Of a DNA stretch of 64,000 nt, positions 12,400 through 25,904 are shown piece after piece. Each line of letters begins with the position of its first letter. Position 1 is the first letter of the stretch. The stretch spans positions 33,728,001-33,792,000 of the forward strand of contig OZ287752.1 of NCBI GenBank assembly GCA_965649765.1. The letters are read 5' to 3'. This stretch comes from Bispira polyomma. Taxonomy: Eukaryota. The notes under the pieces were generated by a model that saw only the letters and a program-made list of their open reading frames with translations, had not been told where the DNA came from and made no database searches. The position numbers and the translations under genes are program-made.

Positions 12400-15070
12400 A
12401 AAAAAAGAAAACACAACCTGTGATTTATACTTCCATTTATATTTCCACATACAATAGTTCATGTAAATAAATTGACAATTACTGACCAATTTTGTTGAAA
12501 CAGATTGCAATTTAACATTTTCGCATAAAACTAGTAGGTGCAGCAATGTTTGTGAATGTGATTGACAGAATCTGCACATTGTTGAATCGCTTATGGCCAT
12601 TTGGCAAAGGAGTTTGTTTGTTCTGACTATTTGATGTAATATTCTATACGGAAACCAAGTTAATTGATTATTCTTTATTGAATTAAAACATGTATAAAAT
12701 ATTCCTTTCTAGGTTTTTTTATCGCTAGAGGTTTTTAGATCCTTATATTATATCATATATATTTTTGCAGCCCTTTATCTTTTTTAAAAATCTTAGGTGG
12801 TGGAGGAGAAGGGGTCTTTGGAGAACTGACAAATTTTTAAGCATCCTATCTTTTGTGAAGTCATGAATTACACTCCTGACCTCGAAGTTGTCGAACAAAT
12901 TTGTGATTGAAAAATACTTCAATCGCTTCCTTACTTAACACAATCACAGATGAGGGAAATCCCTGTATTATACCATAATTCCTTGTATAGTCTAGCATTT
13001 TTTAGTCTAGTATTATACCATAAAGGTGTAGATAGTTTGTCTACATTTGTCTTTAAAGAGATCGAGCAGTAAATTGAATTAAAACAATTTCTTTTAAGAA
13101 TTTTTTTTTTATTTTTATTTGTACAGTTTTATGAACCAGTGTGGGCCAAACTCTACTAATTTTTTAGGTAAACAATGTGTGGTTTTAAACAATTTGACCC
13201 ACTGACCAGCTTCAGATCGTAGAAGCCTTCTTATCCAAGTACATTTAAGGGCTTTGATGAATGAACCTTTATTTATAATTTTTAGTCCTCTGTCTGCATA
13301 AGTTTTAGTAATGTTTATACGTTTTATTTTATCCGGCTTACCATTGCATAGAAATCAATAAAACTTTGGTTTTGCTAGGTATTGGGCTGATCATTAATAA
13401 GCGATTCAACTTGGAGATAGCTAGGGACATAATGACCCTAATTTGACCCAAAGAAGTTAAACCTCTCTTTCTCCATCTTTTTTAAATTGCATCAATCTTA
13501 TTATGAGCTTTGAGGTGGTTCAGATCTGGAATTTTATCCACTATTCCCAATAAGGAGAAATTTACTGTGTCCCATTCTAGTTTATAATTTGTATTTATTT
13601 TTTCCTTTGAAAAACATTTCTTTTCAATCCATACCAGTTTTGTCTTGATACTAAGCCAAAGATTTCTAAAGTATTTAAGGCTACTAACAATGACTGCGTA
13701 CATGCAGTAGAACATGTTTTGGACCAAACTTTGAAGCTGGATTGGTCAAAATCTTGAAATTACATTTAACTTTACATTATGTGAAATCTTATTTGGTATA
13801 CCTAACAATGTTTCAAATTTTCTCATAATTAATGTTTTTATTATTACTTGGAAAATGGTACTTAATAATAGAAAGAATAAGAATAAACCTATATTCTACT
13901 CTGATTTTTAGCCACATATTAATATTATTGTAAGAATCAAACTGTTCCTTTCTTTTCAAAAAATACTGTGTAATTCTGTAAAACTTGAATTTAATACAAA
14001 ATGTCATTCACTATTTTTTTGTCAAATCAAGATCAGTATGTCCTTTTTTTTCTTTTGATGTATATGCGTCTGTCTATATATTATATTGAACTGTACTTTA
14101 GCTGTGTTTTTATAAATTTTTTTTAAAACAATACAAAAAAATATAGAAAAAAAAGGCTGCTAACAATGAATTCTCTGAGCCATCCATTATTAAGGTAGTG
14201 TCATCAGCAAATTAAGTAATTTTAAACTGTTTATTTCCAACAACTATACTGACGATGTCTTTATTTTTTATATTAATTTAAAAAAAAATTGTGCACACAG
14301 AATATAGAGATATGGAGCAATAGGGTCCCCTTGTTTAAATCCTCTCTCTATCTTAATGAAGTCGGACAGTACTCCTTCTTGTAATAATGAGGACCCTATG
14401 TCTTTATTGAAGAGCTTTATCCTCTCTATAAAACCTTTACCAAACGTAAATTGTTCTAGGGCTTTATACATAAATTTCCATGATATGGAATCAAAGGATT
14501 TTTTAAATCAATGAGCATTAAAAATCTATTGATATTCTTATGTTCTGTGTAATTACATTTTATCGTATATAAATCAGATACCCTCCCTAATAAAGCCACC
14601 TTTGATAAACCCAGTTTGTGCCTTCGCTATCAACTTGGGCAGAACTCCTTTTATCCGCTATGCAATAGCAGAAGTTGCTGTCTTATATAGGAAACTTATT
14701 AAGTCTACATTTGATAACTGACCTCGTTGTTTATTGCCCTTAGGCAAACAATTAATTATAGTGTGTCTAAGACTGAAAAATTACTAAATATTCAAGGCTG
14801 TTACCAGAAAATGCTTGGATCCATCAAGATTTAAAGTAGTGTCATCTGCAACCTGTGCAACCTGTGTTAGTTAACTTTTTCCTTAAATTTGAAACCTACA
14901 ACATCTGGATTAATTTTCCTAGTAATTATAGAATCTCCGCTCCTACTAGAAATAAGTATGAAGAAATGGTGTCACTTTGTTGACAACCTCTTTCTGTTGG
15001 AATTTCTTCAGATAAAAAACCACAATGAAGAATATAAGCTTTATTGTTTGGATTAAGTAGTTTCATCCAA
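12400..15070 (-). mobile_element. Decayed L1/Tx1-clade LINE(s), interrupted by a nested insertion
   Basis: CRFCQSHSQTLLHLLVLC (12337-12600 ORF), LNIDKTKLVWI-like segment, ERGFKQGDPIAPYL (14268-14471); a second RT fragment QVADDTT lies at ~14830. Confidence 0.85.
13694..14152 (+). mobile_element. 5'-truncated L1/Tx1 3' end inserted antisense into the older LINE
   Basis: Encodes FW..L..WI..EILFG..N..I..GKWY-like C-terminus, has an A-rich tail at 14130-14152, and is flanked by a ~17-bp TSD AAGGCT(A/G)CTAACAATGA (13677-13693 and 14153-14169). Confidence 0.8.
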
Positions 15071-15377
15071 TTTTAACGCTGTGTATAATAACAAGCTCCC
15101 CAGTACTTTTATTTTGATTACTGACAGGTTTCTTAAGTAACTCATTAAACTGGGTTTTTTTATCAATAATGTAAACACAGCTTGGTGTCACCATTATATA
15201 GCCATTAGTACCTCATGAATTTTCTTAGAATTTTCTAAGTTTAATGTTATTTTCATCCATTGTACTGAAATGTTTCAAAGTTACTCAGGAGTTACATAGG
15301 TACTATGGTTGATCATTTAAGGAATTCATACATATAACAAAAGTTCAAAGAAAAAAATATATGAAAACATGAATTGT

Positions 15378-15595
15378 TACCTGTTTAGGTTATATTGGGA
15401 CGGGTAGTTGGAAACGCTGGAGGAAACACTGCATACAGATGATCCAGGTTCTGCACTGAAACCAGCGGCCCACAGGAAGGAACTACCACCTTACCCACAT
15501 AGGCATAGACGGGATTCGAACTTACGCCGCCCAGAGGTGAGAGACTAGTGATTGTGAAGCGCAATGCTTGCTAACCACTAGGCCACCACGGCCCC
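15378..15595 (-). mobile_element. tRNA-derived SINE (V-domain/BivaV-like)
   Basis: Reverse strand reads GGGGCCGTGGTGGCCTAGTGGTT (A box), AGTTCGAATCCC (B box), then ATGTGGG...GTTTCCTCC core; TSD-like ATATG(A/G)AAACATGAA on both sides; near-identical copy at 59876-60093. Confidence 0.85.
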
Positions 15596-16647
15596 CATAT
15601 GGAAACATGAAGTTATAAACAAATTTTTATTTGATGAGCTATCTAGCCCTTAATTAATTTACCATATCATTTTATCACTATAACCCATAATTATAAATTA
15701 ATAAAATATAAGATACTTTGACAAAGTTAGGAAATCATTCAATAGCCTTGACATAGTTGCTGTAAAAACTCAATAATTTTTAATTCAATAATTGGTCAAT
15801 GCAGCACAACTACATATCATGTTGGGATATAAAAAATAATAAGCCGAATAAATATTGGGGCTTTCATCCATGTTAAATTATAGTATATAGTCTTAGTGTA
15901 GGCGGTTTCTGAAGGAAAATATTGAGGGGTCCATATTAAGTGTAGCCTACACTATCACATGAGTGTACATTAGCTTAGGAATGTCATGCACCTATGTTCT
16001 ATTCCAGCCTGCAGAGACCAGGTACAGGCATATACATGGGTTATTTAACCCTTTGCAGATGAGATAAAAGTAGATCAATGCACTGAGCATACGTTTACGA
16101 TAATACGATAATAATATTGAATACAGTGGAATTAATATATAGCGCATTATTATCTTGATGTGAGAACACCACCTGTAATCAATCAAATATGTTTGGAAAA
16201 GTGAGTTCAGTTCTGCAGATTTCCACAACTCACAAGCATGATACTGTATATAATACTGCTGTATTGTTCCATTACAAGAGCTCAAAGAAAAGAGGTATGT
16301 GTTTAATTGTTTTGAAAAGACAGAGGCTTAAGGATCACCATTTCTAAAGGTTTTCAAGGTACTTTAGGCGACATAATAAGACAGAATGAGAGGACACTGT
16401 CATTTAAACAGAGCATCATTTTAAGTGATCACCCAAGTCACTTTGTAGCAGCCTGTAGCTATAAAGGCATATACTAAGATTACATTTAGGTCCTCTACAT
16501 TGCAAAGTGACCACTAGGTCACAGTAGCAGTTGTTTACTTATCAGATGTAATCCATGCATATATTTATGGTCATGCATCTAGTACCATCGTAGTGAAGTC
16601 CCTGATATAAAATAATCGTGTGGTATTGAAATGGCATGTTTTTCTAA

Positions 16648-19307
16648 AGCCCCGGTCTTAAAACGGCGGTATGTAAATCGCCTGGTACCTACAGCAGCCG
16701 TATATGTACTGTAGAATTATCTGGGAATACTTCCTGTAAAATTCCCTTGCCGCCTGTAACCGGTTAAAGTAGGCGATGGTTTTGAACAAGTTTAAACTTT
16801 CCTCTCCCGAGGGATGGTATAAACTGCCTCATACTGTTGCTCAACCATATCTATAACCGTCTCTTCCCACTTTTTACTGTCTCTTACCATTAATGGAATA
16901 TTTGCTGACAGTAGGGCACAGTAATAGATTGTAAGAGGAGATAAGACAGCAGTTTTAGGGGACTTTCTACCCAGCAGGAACACAGGTGCTGCTACAGCAT
17001 CCTCAGCAGGGCACTCAGCATTCTGTCCAGATTGTTTGACACATCCTCACATCCCTCATACCACCTCACACAACGCCAGGCGGATCCACTGATGCAGCCA
17101 CAGTGTTAGGGACAGACAATCAAGTTTATTCACTGAGATCACCGTGATTAACTACATCTTCTGTTTCTCTAACATACTTGAGAATTATGTCTTTGAACAG
17201 GAGTAACACGTCAGGTGTTGTGGTCACTCCGACCCGTTTACTAGGCCAAGAAACTGAGAACTAGTACTATAAGGACTGTTATGATATATTTGAAAGTATT
17301 ATCAGCATGTGCTATATATTTTGGATAATAGTTTTTGCATGTTTACAAATAAACATAAATTGTTATTACATGAATTTCTAAAGCATCCAATGTAGTAATT
17401 CCTGGATATAGCAAGGTCAACATACAAATAAACATGAGATGTATATGCCTTAGAGGAATTGGCTATCTGTTTTAAGATGTATGAATCTTAGTGATAAGAT
17501 GTCATTGACGTGATGTATATACTTTTGAGAACACACACCTTGACCTTTAGCTTTAAATTTGAACTAAGGATGTATACATGTCAGTGAAAAGATGTCACTG
17601 ATAGGATGTATATGTCTTATAGGATACACACCTTAACCTCTAACTTTAAATTTAACATAGGATGTATACATGTCAGTGATTACATTTCACTGATAATATG
17701 TATACGCCTTAGAGGATACACACCTTGACCTTTAACTTCAAATTTTAACTAAAGATGTATACATGTCAGTAATAACATCTCACTGGTAATATGTATACGC
17801 CTTAAAGGATAGACACCTTGACCTCTAACTTAAATTGTGACTTTCTATCTTAAACTTTGCAACAATTGGTATAATTTTGTTGGGTTGACCTTGTTGCTGG
17901 CTCCAACTTTATATAAGGGTACAATTTTAATGCGTTGACCATGTGTTTGTGTTAACCTTGTGTTCAAGTTGTGTTTGTGTTCTTTCCTGTTCTCGGTGGA
18001 CGCATTGATGACAACTTCCTTCTGTCTATCACCAATGATTTTTGGCTCTGGCTGTGGTTTTTTGCACCTTAGAATTCGTTACAACAAAAATACGCGCTAA
18101 AAAAGTCTAATATATTATTATTATTTGTGTTCAAGCTGAGTTCAAGTTGTGCTTGTGTTGACCTTGTGCTCAAGTTGTATTTGTGTTGCTGATTATGATG
18201 CATGCCCTTGGCAATATCCTTGGTGTTAATAACTGAATAAACTCATATAATAATAATAAGATAACTGAGTAAACAAGTGTCTATATCAGTCTTTATAAGT
18301 CTATATCATTCGATCCTGCCAGGGTACAGCCCATTGTAGTGAGTTGTAGTAGTCCTTCAGGTTCTGCCTCTGTTGCTTGCCCATCCTGCTTTCCTGATTT
18401 TCCCCTGGTGCTTTCTGTAAGTCTGCCATGTGTAGTCCAACCCTCCAGGCATAACACCATGTTCATCATCCTCAACATCAGGAGGTCATCATTGACGGTA
18501 GGGTACCTCATGGTATTATGCAATGCCACACAAGCAAGAACAATGGTCATTTTCTATAACATCCTACAGATCACAGTCAATGGCAGCTGGACATTTAAAC
18601 AACAACCATTACTGCTGACATCCATCCACAAGAAGTTGTAGTCACCTTCACCAGAGCCAGCAGGATAATAGAATAATACCCCTTGTAATTGTTACACAGA
18701 GACACTGAGTTCGGGGAACACTTTGTGGCCACATGCTTTCCATCTAGAGCTCCAACAGTGTGGTGGAAATTACATCGAGTATCAAACAATTCTGTCTTCT
18801 CTTTCCATCCATTGGGTGTGCTTGGGCATTACAGCACCTCTGCTCGGTAAACCTCTATAATGCTTTACAGACCTCACAAAATACAAAATAAAAAGCAAAA
18901 TGAAGAGCTATATTTATTGTGATGTGAACACATTGACGTCTGAATAGAAATTTCACTTCTTATATACCAAACAGCGGAGTAATAGCCTTCTGTTGCCGTA
19001 TATTGACGTATCTCATCTGAGGCCTTTCTGTTTTGAAACTTTGACAATCCTGTGCAACCCTATCTCAGCCGTGTCTAACTGTTAAGGTACATGGTGATAC
19101 AGTATAAATAGTGGATCAAACTGGAAAATACTTTGTCTTCCTTTCTGTTAATTGTGGCATAACTGAAGAAATACCTTACCAAACTGCATCACCTCCAAGG
19201 CTTAATGTCTTGGATGCCATTTGCATATTTTCAGGCAATATGGTAGCACGAAAACTTCTATAACCTTCTACTACCGCCTACCATACCGGCAATGTATGAC
19301 CTGTGCA
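16648..19307 (-). mobile_element. Decayed PIF/Harbinger DNA transposon in intron 1 of C1qDC type B
   Basis: NFHHTVGALDGKHVATKCSPNSVSLCNNYKGYYSIILLALV and IVLACVALHN match HARBI1-type DDE motifs; degenerate TIRs AGCCCCGGTC..CGGTATG / CATACCG..GACCTGTGCA are flanked by a TAA TSD (16645-16647, 19308-19310). Confidence 0.8.
17435..17835. repeat. ~93-bp tandem repeat (~4.5 copies) inside the Harbinger element
   Basis: ACACCTT(G/A)ACC recurs at ~17535, 17628, 17720 and 17813, with GATGTATACATGTCAGT in between. Confidence 0.85.
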
Positions 19308-21673
19308 TAAGCAGACAAACTGGTTTAGTTAATTATTTGTGCAATGTATAAATATGGGGCTTTGTGGTGTAGTTGCAACAAACATGCCTCTAGTTGGCAG
19401 TAGATGTGCTGAAGGCTGGTGGTTTGCAAAAAACCCTCACCAAATACCCCGTTCTTGTTTCCTCTACCAGTAAACTGCCAATCATGATATGATACAAAAT
19501 GTGTTAAAACCAGCATTACACGTTAACTAACTTAACTTGGAATGTTGACCACATACATGGGATATATTTACCTTAAAAGGTTTTGCATATAGTTATTAGT
19601 TATAACTGAAGACTTGTAAATGATTGTTGTTCACTGAAGCATATACGTGATAGTACGTATTAAACCAAAGGAGCTTCTTCATGTGAAGTTGTATGAAAGA
19701 TGTAACACGTCACATAATTATTTGTTATGTTTTCCTTAGCAGGAAGTATCACCGGATGACACTACCGTCTTTCATTTAGAGACTATGATGGCTAAAGTAA
19801 GTTTAGTTATATAATATGCATATATGGGGAGCATAAACTTGCTAAATTATCTAGGCTAATAATGGTACAGTCACACATAAAAGGAAGCACTCCATATCCT
19901 GTTTCTGGATTGCCAATATTGAATGCAAATGCTAATTTGTCCCGAAATGGATCAAAATTGGAAAACAAAATTACATAAAATTTTACATTTGCAAGAACAC
20001 CTGTAATATTGTTTGACAAGGTGGAGGGATGCACATTTAGAAAACTTTCAACGTTTATTCATGGTGGTGTTAAGAATGCGTATAAATTAAAAAGAACCAA
20101 TGAATTGGCTGCATGACCAAGGAAGTTCATGGTCAAGGAAATTGTGACTATTCAAACAAAATCATTTGCTAAATAAGATTGCTGATATTTCACTTATACA
20201 GTAGCTTACCATGTAATAGAAATCCAATGTGTAAATAGGAAATGTTGTTGCTTGAATTGCTATCTTTTTAGTATACATAATACATATATTTAGAGGAACT
20301 TCAACCAGATTTAAAGGGTTTTTTTTCTATGCGTGTTTTATCAGATACAGTACATTGAAAAGAAGCTGGATTTGATGAAAGACAAGGTGTTAACATTAGA
20401 AATAGAAAACAAAGAATTGAAGCAGGTAACTCAAACATACATTCTGTCAATGATGTTCTTCTACAGGAAAGTATTAGCAGGAAGAAAATTCACTAATTGG
20501 CTAACATCTGTAAATAATTGTATTGAATACTACCCATTCTTAGAATCTATAGATTAGACTATGATCTTCAATCCTTCCCAAATTGACATTAAATGAGTTT
20601 TGATGACAAAGTTCTTATTTTAGTCTTCTGCACAGATTCTCACCATTTAACTATAATCTTTATCTTGATAAAAACAAGTTAAAAACCCTCATTGTGAAGA
20701 CTGCTTAGTTGTAGACACTATTGAACATTTACTATACCTGTACTACTGTACACTCCTCTAGATAAATATTAAACTGATACTAACTCAAGCCTTTCCAAAT
20801 GAATATGATCTGACCATTCTTAAAGTACTATTAGGAACACCCTGTGATTATAATCCATTTCATAAATTAATAAGAACCAATGAAATGTCTGCCTGACAAA
20901 GGAAGTTCATGGCCAAGCAAATTATTACCAAGGAATTGGACATGAAAAATTGTAATTTTATTTATTGAATATGCCAAGTAGTACAGATATCTTTGTAAAA
21001 TGAAGGAACATATTGTAAATTATAAAAGGTTTCTGTTTTTTTTCCCTAAAAGATAAGGTAGACATCGAAGTGTGTTTACTAAAGACTACAGATAATACTA
21101 TTATCCCTACTAATCTCTTGGAGTAGTGGGATCGTCTCAACAATTGTTGTCAGTGAATTGTCAATTTCTTACTCTGTACCTGTTAGTAAGAGCAATCTAA
21201 GATCACTATTTGTTATCGTAGAAAGCAGCTTATTGCAGCAACATGTTTATGTGATATAATTTGTTTTCCTTTATCTCATTGATGTAAAAGGACTGTGTAT
21301 AGTTATAAAACAGATTACTAAAACATACAAATAAGATTATTATTTTTTTGTTAAATTTTCTTTCTTGTACAACATATGATATATTGCCATAAACACCAAC
21401 AGTTTAAATGTGTGATATCAATAAACACTATAGATGTTAAAGCCAACAAGATACCGAAGCTCTGATCTTAATTTCACTACCACAGAAATTTCAGCAGGTC
21501 AGTGAAACTACCTTCATTTGATAATGCTGGTGTTAAAACATACATTAAGGGAGACACTGTAGAATTTGGGCATGACCTACTGAATGTAGGTGGGAACTAT
21601 GATGCCACAAACAACGTATATACCTGTCCTGTAACTGGTATCTACATGTTCAGGTGAGTTCAAGTGTCTCCAG

Positions 21674-21902
21674 GGGCGGTATTCTTCAAATATTTCAAGT
21701 TTGACTCACAATCAAGCTTAAATCTAAGGTTTGCACTGTCTCTGGCTTGTGTGAAGCTAGACAACATGTAACTAAATACTGTAAGCTCTATTAAAATGAA
21801 TGGTTAACAATCATAGTTTATTCTAACATACAGTGACTAACAGGTAGCCTTCATTTCAGTTGACTCTGAGTTGAACTCAAGTTTCTTTTAAGAATATGGG
21901 CA
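21674..21902. mobile_element. MITE with imperfect TIRs and a CAG 3-bp TSD (Harbinger/ISL2EU-like) in intron 4 of C1qDC type B
   Basis: cag|GGGCGGTATTCTTCAAATATTTCAAGTTTGACTC ... GAGTTGAACTCAAGTTTCTTTTAAGAATATGGGCA|cag. Confidence 0.55.
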
Positions 21903-22249
21903 CAGGTGTAATAATCTGCCATGCACTAGACTCAAGCAAGTTTTACCCCTTCTCTCAACCATCAGTGCTTTGTCTTTAAATGTATTAATTATCAATAGAT
22001 ATTCCTATATTTTTTTACACTGATGAGTGTAAAAAGTTTGCAGTCACAAGTTTAATTTTGGTTGAATATTTCAAGAACAAACTTGGTTATAATAGAAATA
22101 CCTTCTTGTTACATCTCTCTAAAAAATAAAAGTACCAAAATGTCTGCAATTTCATTTTAATAGAGCAATACCCCCAAATTGATAGTGTTTGACAGTTGTT
22201 GTTAACAATAGTAATTATTTTTTTATTATTTGTCAAGTACATCTAATTA

Positions 22250-22478
22250 AAGATGTGTAGTTGGACCACACTTGCTTCCCACCTGTATCGTCGTGGGATT
22301 GAATCACAACCCAGGTGTATATGTGGAAAAGTTAGCAGGAGATTTGCTGAAGGCTGTTGTTTTGCTGAGCAGAAAACCTTGAACACCTACCCTGTTCTGA
22401 TTTCGTTTACCAGTGAACTAGCTGCCATGGTATGAACCAATAGTGTTGACAGTGATGTTAAACCTGAACTAAACAAAA
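22250..22478 (+). mobile_element. Old V-type tRNA-SINE (related decayed copies at ~19390-19540, ~45810-45940, ~48630-48732 minus, ~53450-53600 minus)
   Basis: ATGTGGAAAAGTTAGCAG..GCTGAAGGCTG core, CCTGTTCTG..TTTC..ACCAGTGAACT, and tail GTTGACAGTGATGTTAAACC..AAACAAAAC. Confidence 0.6.
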
Positions 22479-23338
22479 CTCAGACATTTTATTACATTGC
22501 AGCACTCTTTCAATGAATGACGGAGGTGCAATTTCTGAGGCTGTAATTGTGATTGGAGGAGTCGAAACAGGAGGCTACCATACCAATACAGACAATAGTG
22601 GCGGACAGATGGGTTCTGCCCTAGTGGTAGCACAATGTAATGGAGGGGATACAGTGATAGTCAGGTGCAATGCATCTGGGACCCTGTTTGGAACATTAAA
22701 TGGTCTCTATACTTCTTCATTCAGTGGGGTGTTACTGGGACTGCTTTAGAGTATACTGACCTTAAAGTGACATAGAGAGTAATAGTATTATCTTAAGGGT
22801 AGATATACTATCTCAAGGGAATTGAATACAATCTTGAGAGAACGAGATATTTTCTAGACAGAATGAGATAGTATATTGAAGGAATAAAATAAGTAAAACA
22901 ATTCTCTGTTACTTAATGTTACTTTAGGCTCTCCGTTTTGAATGATTACTGTCTGTCTTTTCACAGTTACAAGGTTGTTTTTTTCATTTTAATGTAACCA
23001 GTGAAGTTATATATAAATAAACTGAGGGACACACATAAATTTTTAAGCAGTTGGTATGTGTTATTAAAATATATATTTGTGATTGTCAGGGGCCATAGAT
23101 ACATTTTAGACAATTAGATAAATGAATGTAAAAACAAGCTATATTCGATCCATTTGGTAAAAACAGAACATGGTAACTGTTGATTTCTCCAGAATACAGA
23201 AATGTGCAGGCTTAAAATATAGACATAATGCATTAGTCTGCTATTCAAACCCAAAATATGATATTTGACTCAGTTCATTTACAACATCTACTAGTATTTG
23301 ACTTGTCACAAAGTGCACATGTTTCTTGACTGATATTT

Positions 23339-23718
23339 ACAGAATATAAGCCGTTTGCTGGGGCCATACTGTGATATATGCACACGAGGACAGGCCAATA
23401 TGGCTTGAGGGCTGTCAGTGTGTATATATCCCAGCATGGCACTCATAAACAGCTTATATTCTGTTTATTATACTGAAGCATTTTAAACAGAAATATTTAT
23501 AAATCCTAAAAGTCCAAGATCAAAGTAGGCTGTTTCCATTCTGCTAAAAATTGCCTACACCCGTCTTAACCTTGTAAGTGATATGGCCCAGGAGTCGGGG
23601 GTCCATATCACTGCAGTGAACCATATCACTTACAAAGTTAGGACTGGTTTTATGTTATGCCAGGTATTTGCATTTTAACCAATGGAATCACTGGATTCGC
23701 CACCAAGGTATAATAAAT
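23339..23718. mobile_element. Palindromic non-autonomous DNA element with nested hairpins
   Basis: ACAGAATATAAGCCGTTT..GATATATGCACAC pairs with GTGTGTATATATC..AAACAGCTTATATTCTGT (23339-23464); AACCTTGTAAGTGATATGG pairs with CCATATCACTTACAAAGTT (~23568-23639); TTTATTATAC pairs with GTATAATAAA. Confidence 0.55.
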
Positions 23719-23749
23719 ATGCAGGCACAATGTGCTTCTTTATTTGGTA

Positions 23750-23939
23750 ATATTTTAGTGATGCTACGGTGGATTTTGATGCAGTAAACAAGGAAACGGG
23801 CCACTTTTTTCATATGTTAAGAAACGGGTCACAGTTCGGGTATATATATTTTAGTGATGCTTAGGTGGATTTTGATGCAGTAAACAAGGAAATGGGCCAC
23901 TTTTTTCACATGTTAAGAAACATGTCACAGTTCGGGTAT
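23750..23939. repeat. ~97-bp tandem duplication
   Basis: ATATTTTAGTGATGCT..GGTGGATTTTGATGCAGTAAACAAGGAAA..GTCACAGTTCGGGTAT present twice. Confidence 0.9.
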
Positions 23940-24503
23940 GAAAAGGGTATCATCCCTGACGTTTTGACAATGTCGTGGCTGCAACAACATTTAAGGGGAA
24001 GACTAATTGGCCTGCTAATGGCTGGACAAAGTCAGAGATGACTTTGCCACCACTTTCTAAAGGTTAACTGAACAAAAATCCTACATTTATGCAGGGTATT
24101 GCATGAACCACCTGTGCCAACTCTGAAGAAGAAACACAGTAAATTCTGCATGCAAACAATGTCAGCATTCTGGTATGACCTGCATTTACTTGTTTTCATA
24201 ATTCCATTCAACATCTATGTGATGTTCTGTATGTACATGTATGCCAGGTGAGTTAATCTCCATCAATATTACTTCGGAAGAAGAGTGGGTTCACATTCCT
24301 ATGAACACAATTAACCATATCGTCAGGTCTGTGTCCCAAACATCCTAGGCAGTAATTAATGAACCGCATATTTATGCATTTATGAAATCATATTGTATCC
24401 ATGCTTTGGTAAATTTTTTAAAATTAAGGTGTAACAATACAAGTTGATAACAAAAAAAGAAAAAAAAAACACAATGTCAAACTACATTTCTTGATTTGAT
24501 AAA

Positions 24504-25475
24504 TGTTGCCGGACCCATCTTCATACCAGGGATATGCGAGGATTCCGGACTTGACGAGATCGTGGTAGTAACCAAAGAATGAAAAGAGTCTCTTAACTAA
24601 AACTGTTTATTGGCAAATCTCACCAGGTAGTACAGCAGTAACACCACCCAGCAATACGGCTACAGGCGCCGACTCAGAACATCACCAAAACAAAACACCT
24701 ATAATAATTTAACCTCATTAAGAATATGCACAAATATAAATAAATACTAAATTAATAATTTACATAATTACTTTTAACCACTATATCACTACTAGCAATA
24801 CTAAAAGAAACTGAACAACCCAAATAGATACCAACATGACCGTAATTGCCTTTTAACAATATTAAACCAAAAATATAAATTATCATTGCAATACTACCCA
24901 TATAACTTTACCATTATTAAGAACTACATAAAACTATATACAACTATATACAAGACAACTACAAACTAACCAACAATACTGTTCTATTCAGAATGACTAG
25001 ATTATCACAATTAAGTTAATATAGCACCATAAACTAACTCAAATGCACCAATACAAAAATATAGATTAAACTATTTTTATCACAGATCATGTATAATATA
25101 GTGTGCAATAACAAAACATTCTTGACTTCATTAATAAACTTAATAGTAAAAGTACTGATGTAACTAAAAAAAGATAATTTCCAGAATTTACTGAACATAG
25201 TCATTACAGAACACATAACAGAACCAATCTAATCATTCCACTCAAACTCACCTGCACTCAAAACATCAATAAATAAAGATGCCACGACAGATTACAGCTT
25301 ACAACATCATAAAACAACAACACAAAGGCAGTTAATTACATTTCTAGTAAAACCGGTCCATTTTCATCAAAACAGGATATGGAAGTGCGCCGATTTGCAG
25401 CGAATCTAACCGCTCAAATAAAAAGACAATAAAAATAGCCGCCGATATAAAATCGTCCGCGCTAGCACGGGCACA
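24504..25475 (-). repeat. 3' LTR (972 bp)
   Basis: Plus strand TGTTGCCGG...GGGCACA; minus-strand AATAAA at ~24606-24611; PPT adjacent. Confidence 0.95.
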
Positions 25476-25487
25476 TACTTCCTCCTT
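25476..25487 (-). promoter_or_regulatory. Polypurine tract (second copy at 33845-33856)
   Basis: Minus strand AAGGAGGAAGTA lies immediately 5' of the LTR TG. Confidence 0.85.
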
Positions 25488-25904
25488 ACACGAAATGTCA
25501 TCCTGACATTTACAAATATGACCTCACATGTCACACCTTCAACTTACACACTCTATTCATATCCACTCTTACCCTAGAGCTCTTATCAACTCTATAACCA
25601 CACCTTTTGTCTTTCAATCAGTTGTCAAAAAGAGAAAAAAAATAAATAAATAACATAAAACACATAATAAAATATGTGAAAATCCAAGATGTACTGAAAA
25701 GGACTCATCATCATAGCTTCAAACAGAAACTGCATGATTAAAATAAATATCATTAAAATAGATCGAAACAACTTCAGCACATCCTTCAATAAATGTATTT
25801 TGTGGACCACTACCTCATTGTCAAGTGATGTATCAACATGCTGTGGGAAATTATAAACAAAATCGGACCGTAAATGAGCTTTTGAGGTCATCCGATTTGA
25901 CCGT

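Larger units (their letters stand above)
16238..22749 (+). pseudogene. C1qDC gene, type B, frameshifted; exons 16238-16294, 19740-19796, 20345-20425, 21486-21653, 22503-22749
   Basis: Splices to signal peptide MILYIILLYCSITRAQRKE, QEVSPDDTTVFHLETMMAK, coiled coil IQYIEKKLDLMKDKVLTLEIENKELKQ, and gC1q (VEFGHDLLNVGGNYDATNNVYTCPVTGIYMFS...TSSFSGVLLGLL*). Intron phases (0,0,0,2) match type A. Exon 4 is 168 nt versus 173 nt in the intact paralog, giving an early TGA. Confidence 0.85.

Noticed and set aside
15480-15595. tRNA gene candidates (also ~59990-60093, 45510-45570)
   Set aside because: A/B boxes are followed by SINE body and tail, with no proper cloverleaf; these are SINE heads
20291-20310. 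AGGAACTTCAAC match to the start of type-A exon 2 within the type-B intron
   Set aside because: Only ~12 nt with no continuing similarity or donor site; likely chance
20080-20930. ~70-bp direct repeats flanking type-B exon 3 (~20081 and ~20861)
   Set aside because: No duplicated exon follows the second copy; probably an old local duplication with no supportable function
24032-24214. Possible LINE endonuclease scrap (KCRSYQNADI)
   Set aside because: Too short and degenerate to assign with confidence
25034-25216. 60-aa hydrophobic ORF repeated three times (also 33403 and 41739)
   Set aside because: Lies inside the AT-rich LTR; its recurrence only reflects LTR identity, and it has no recognisable domain
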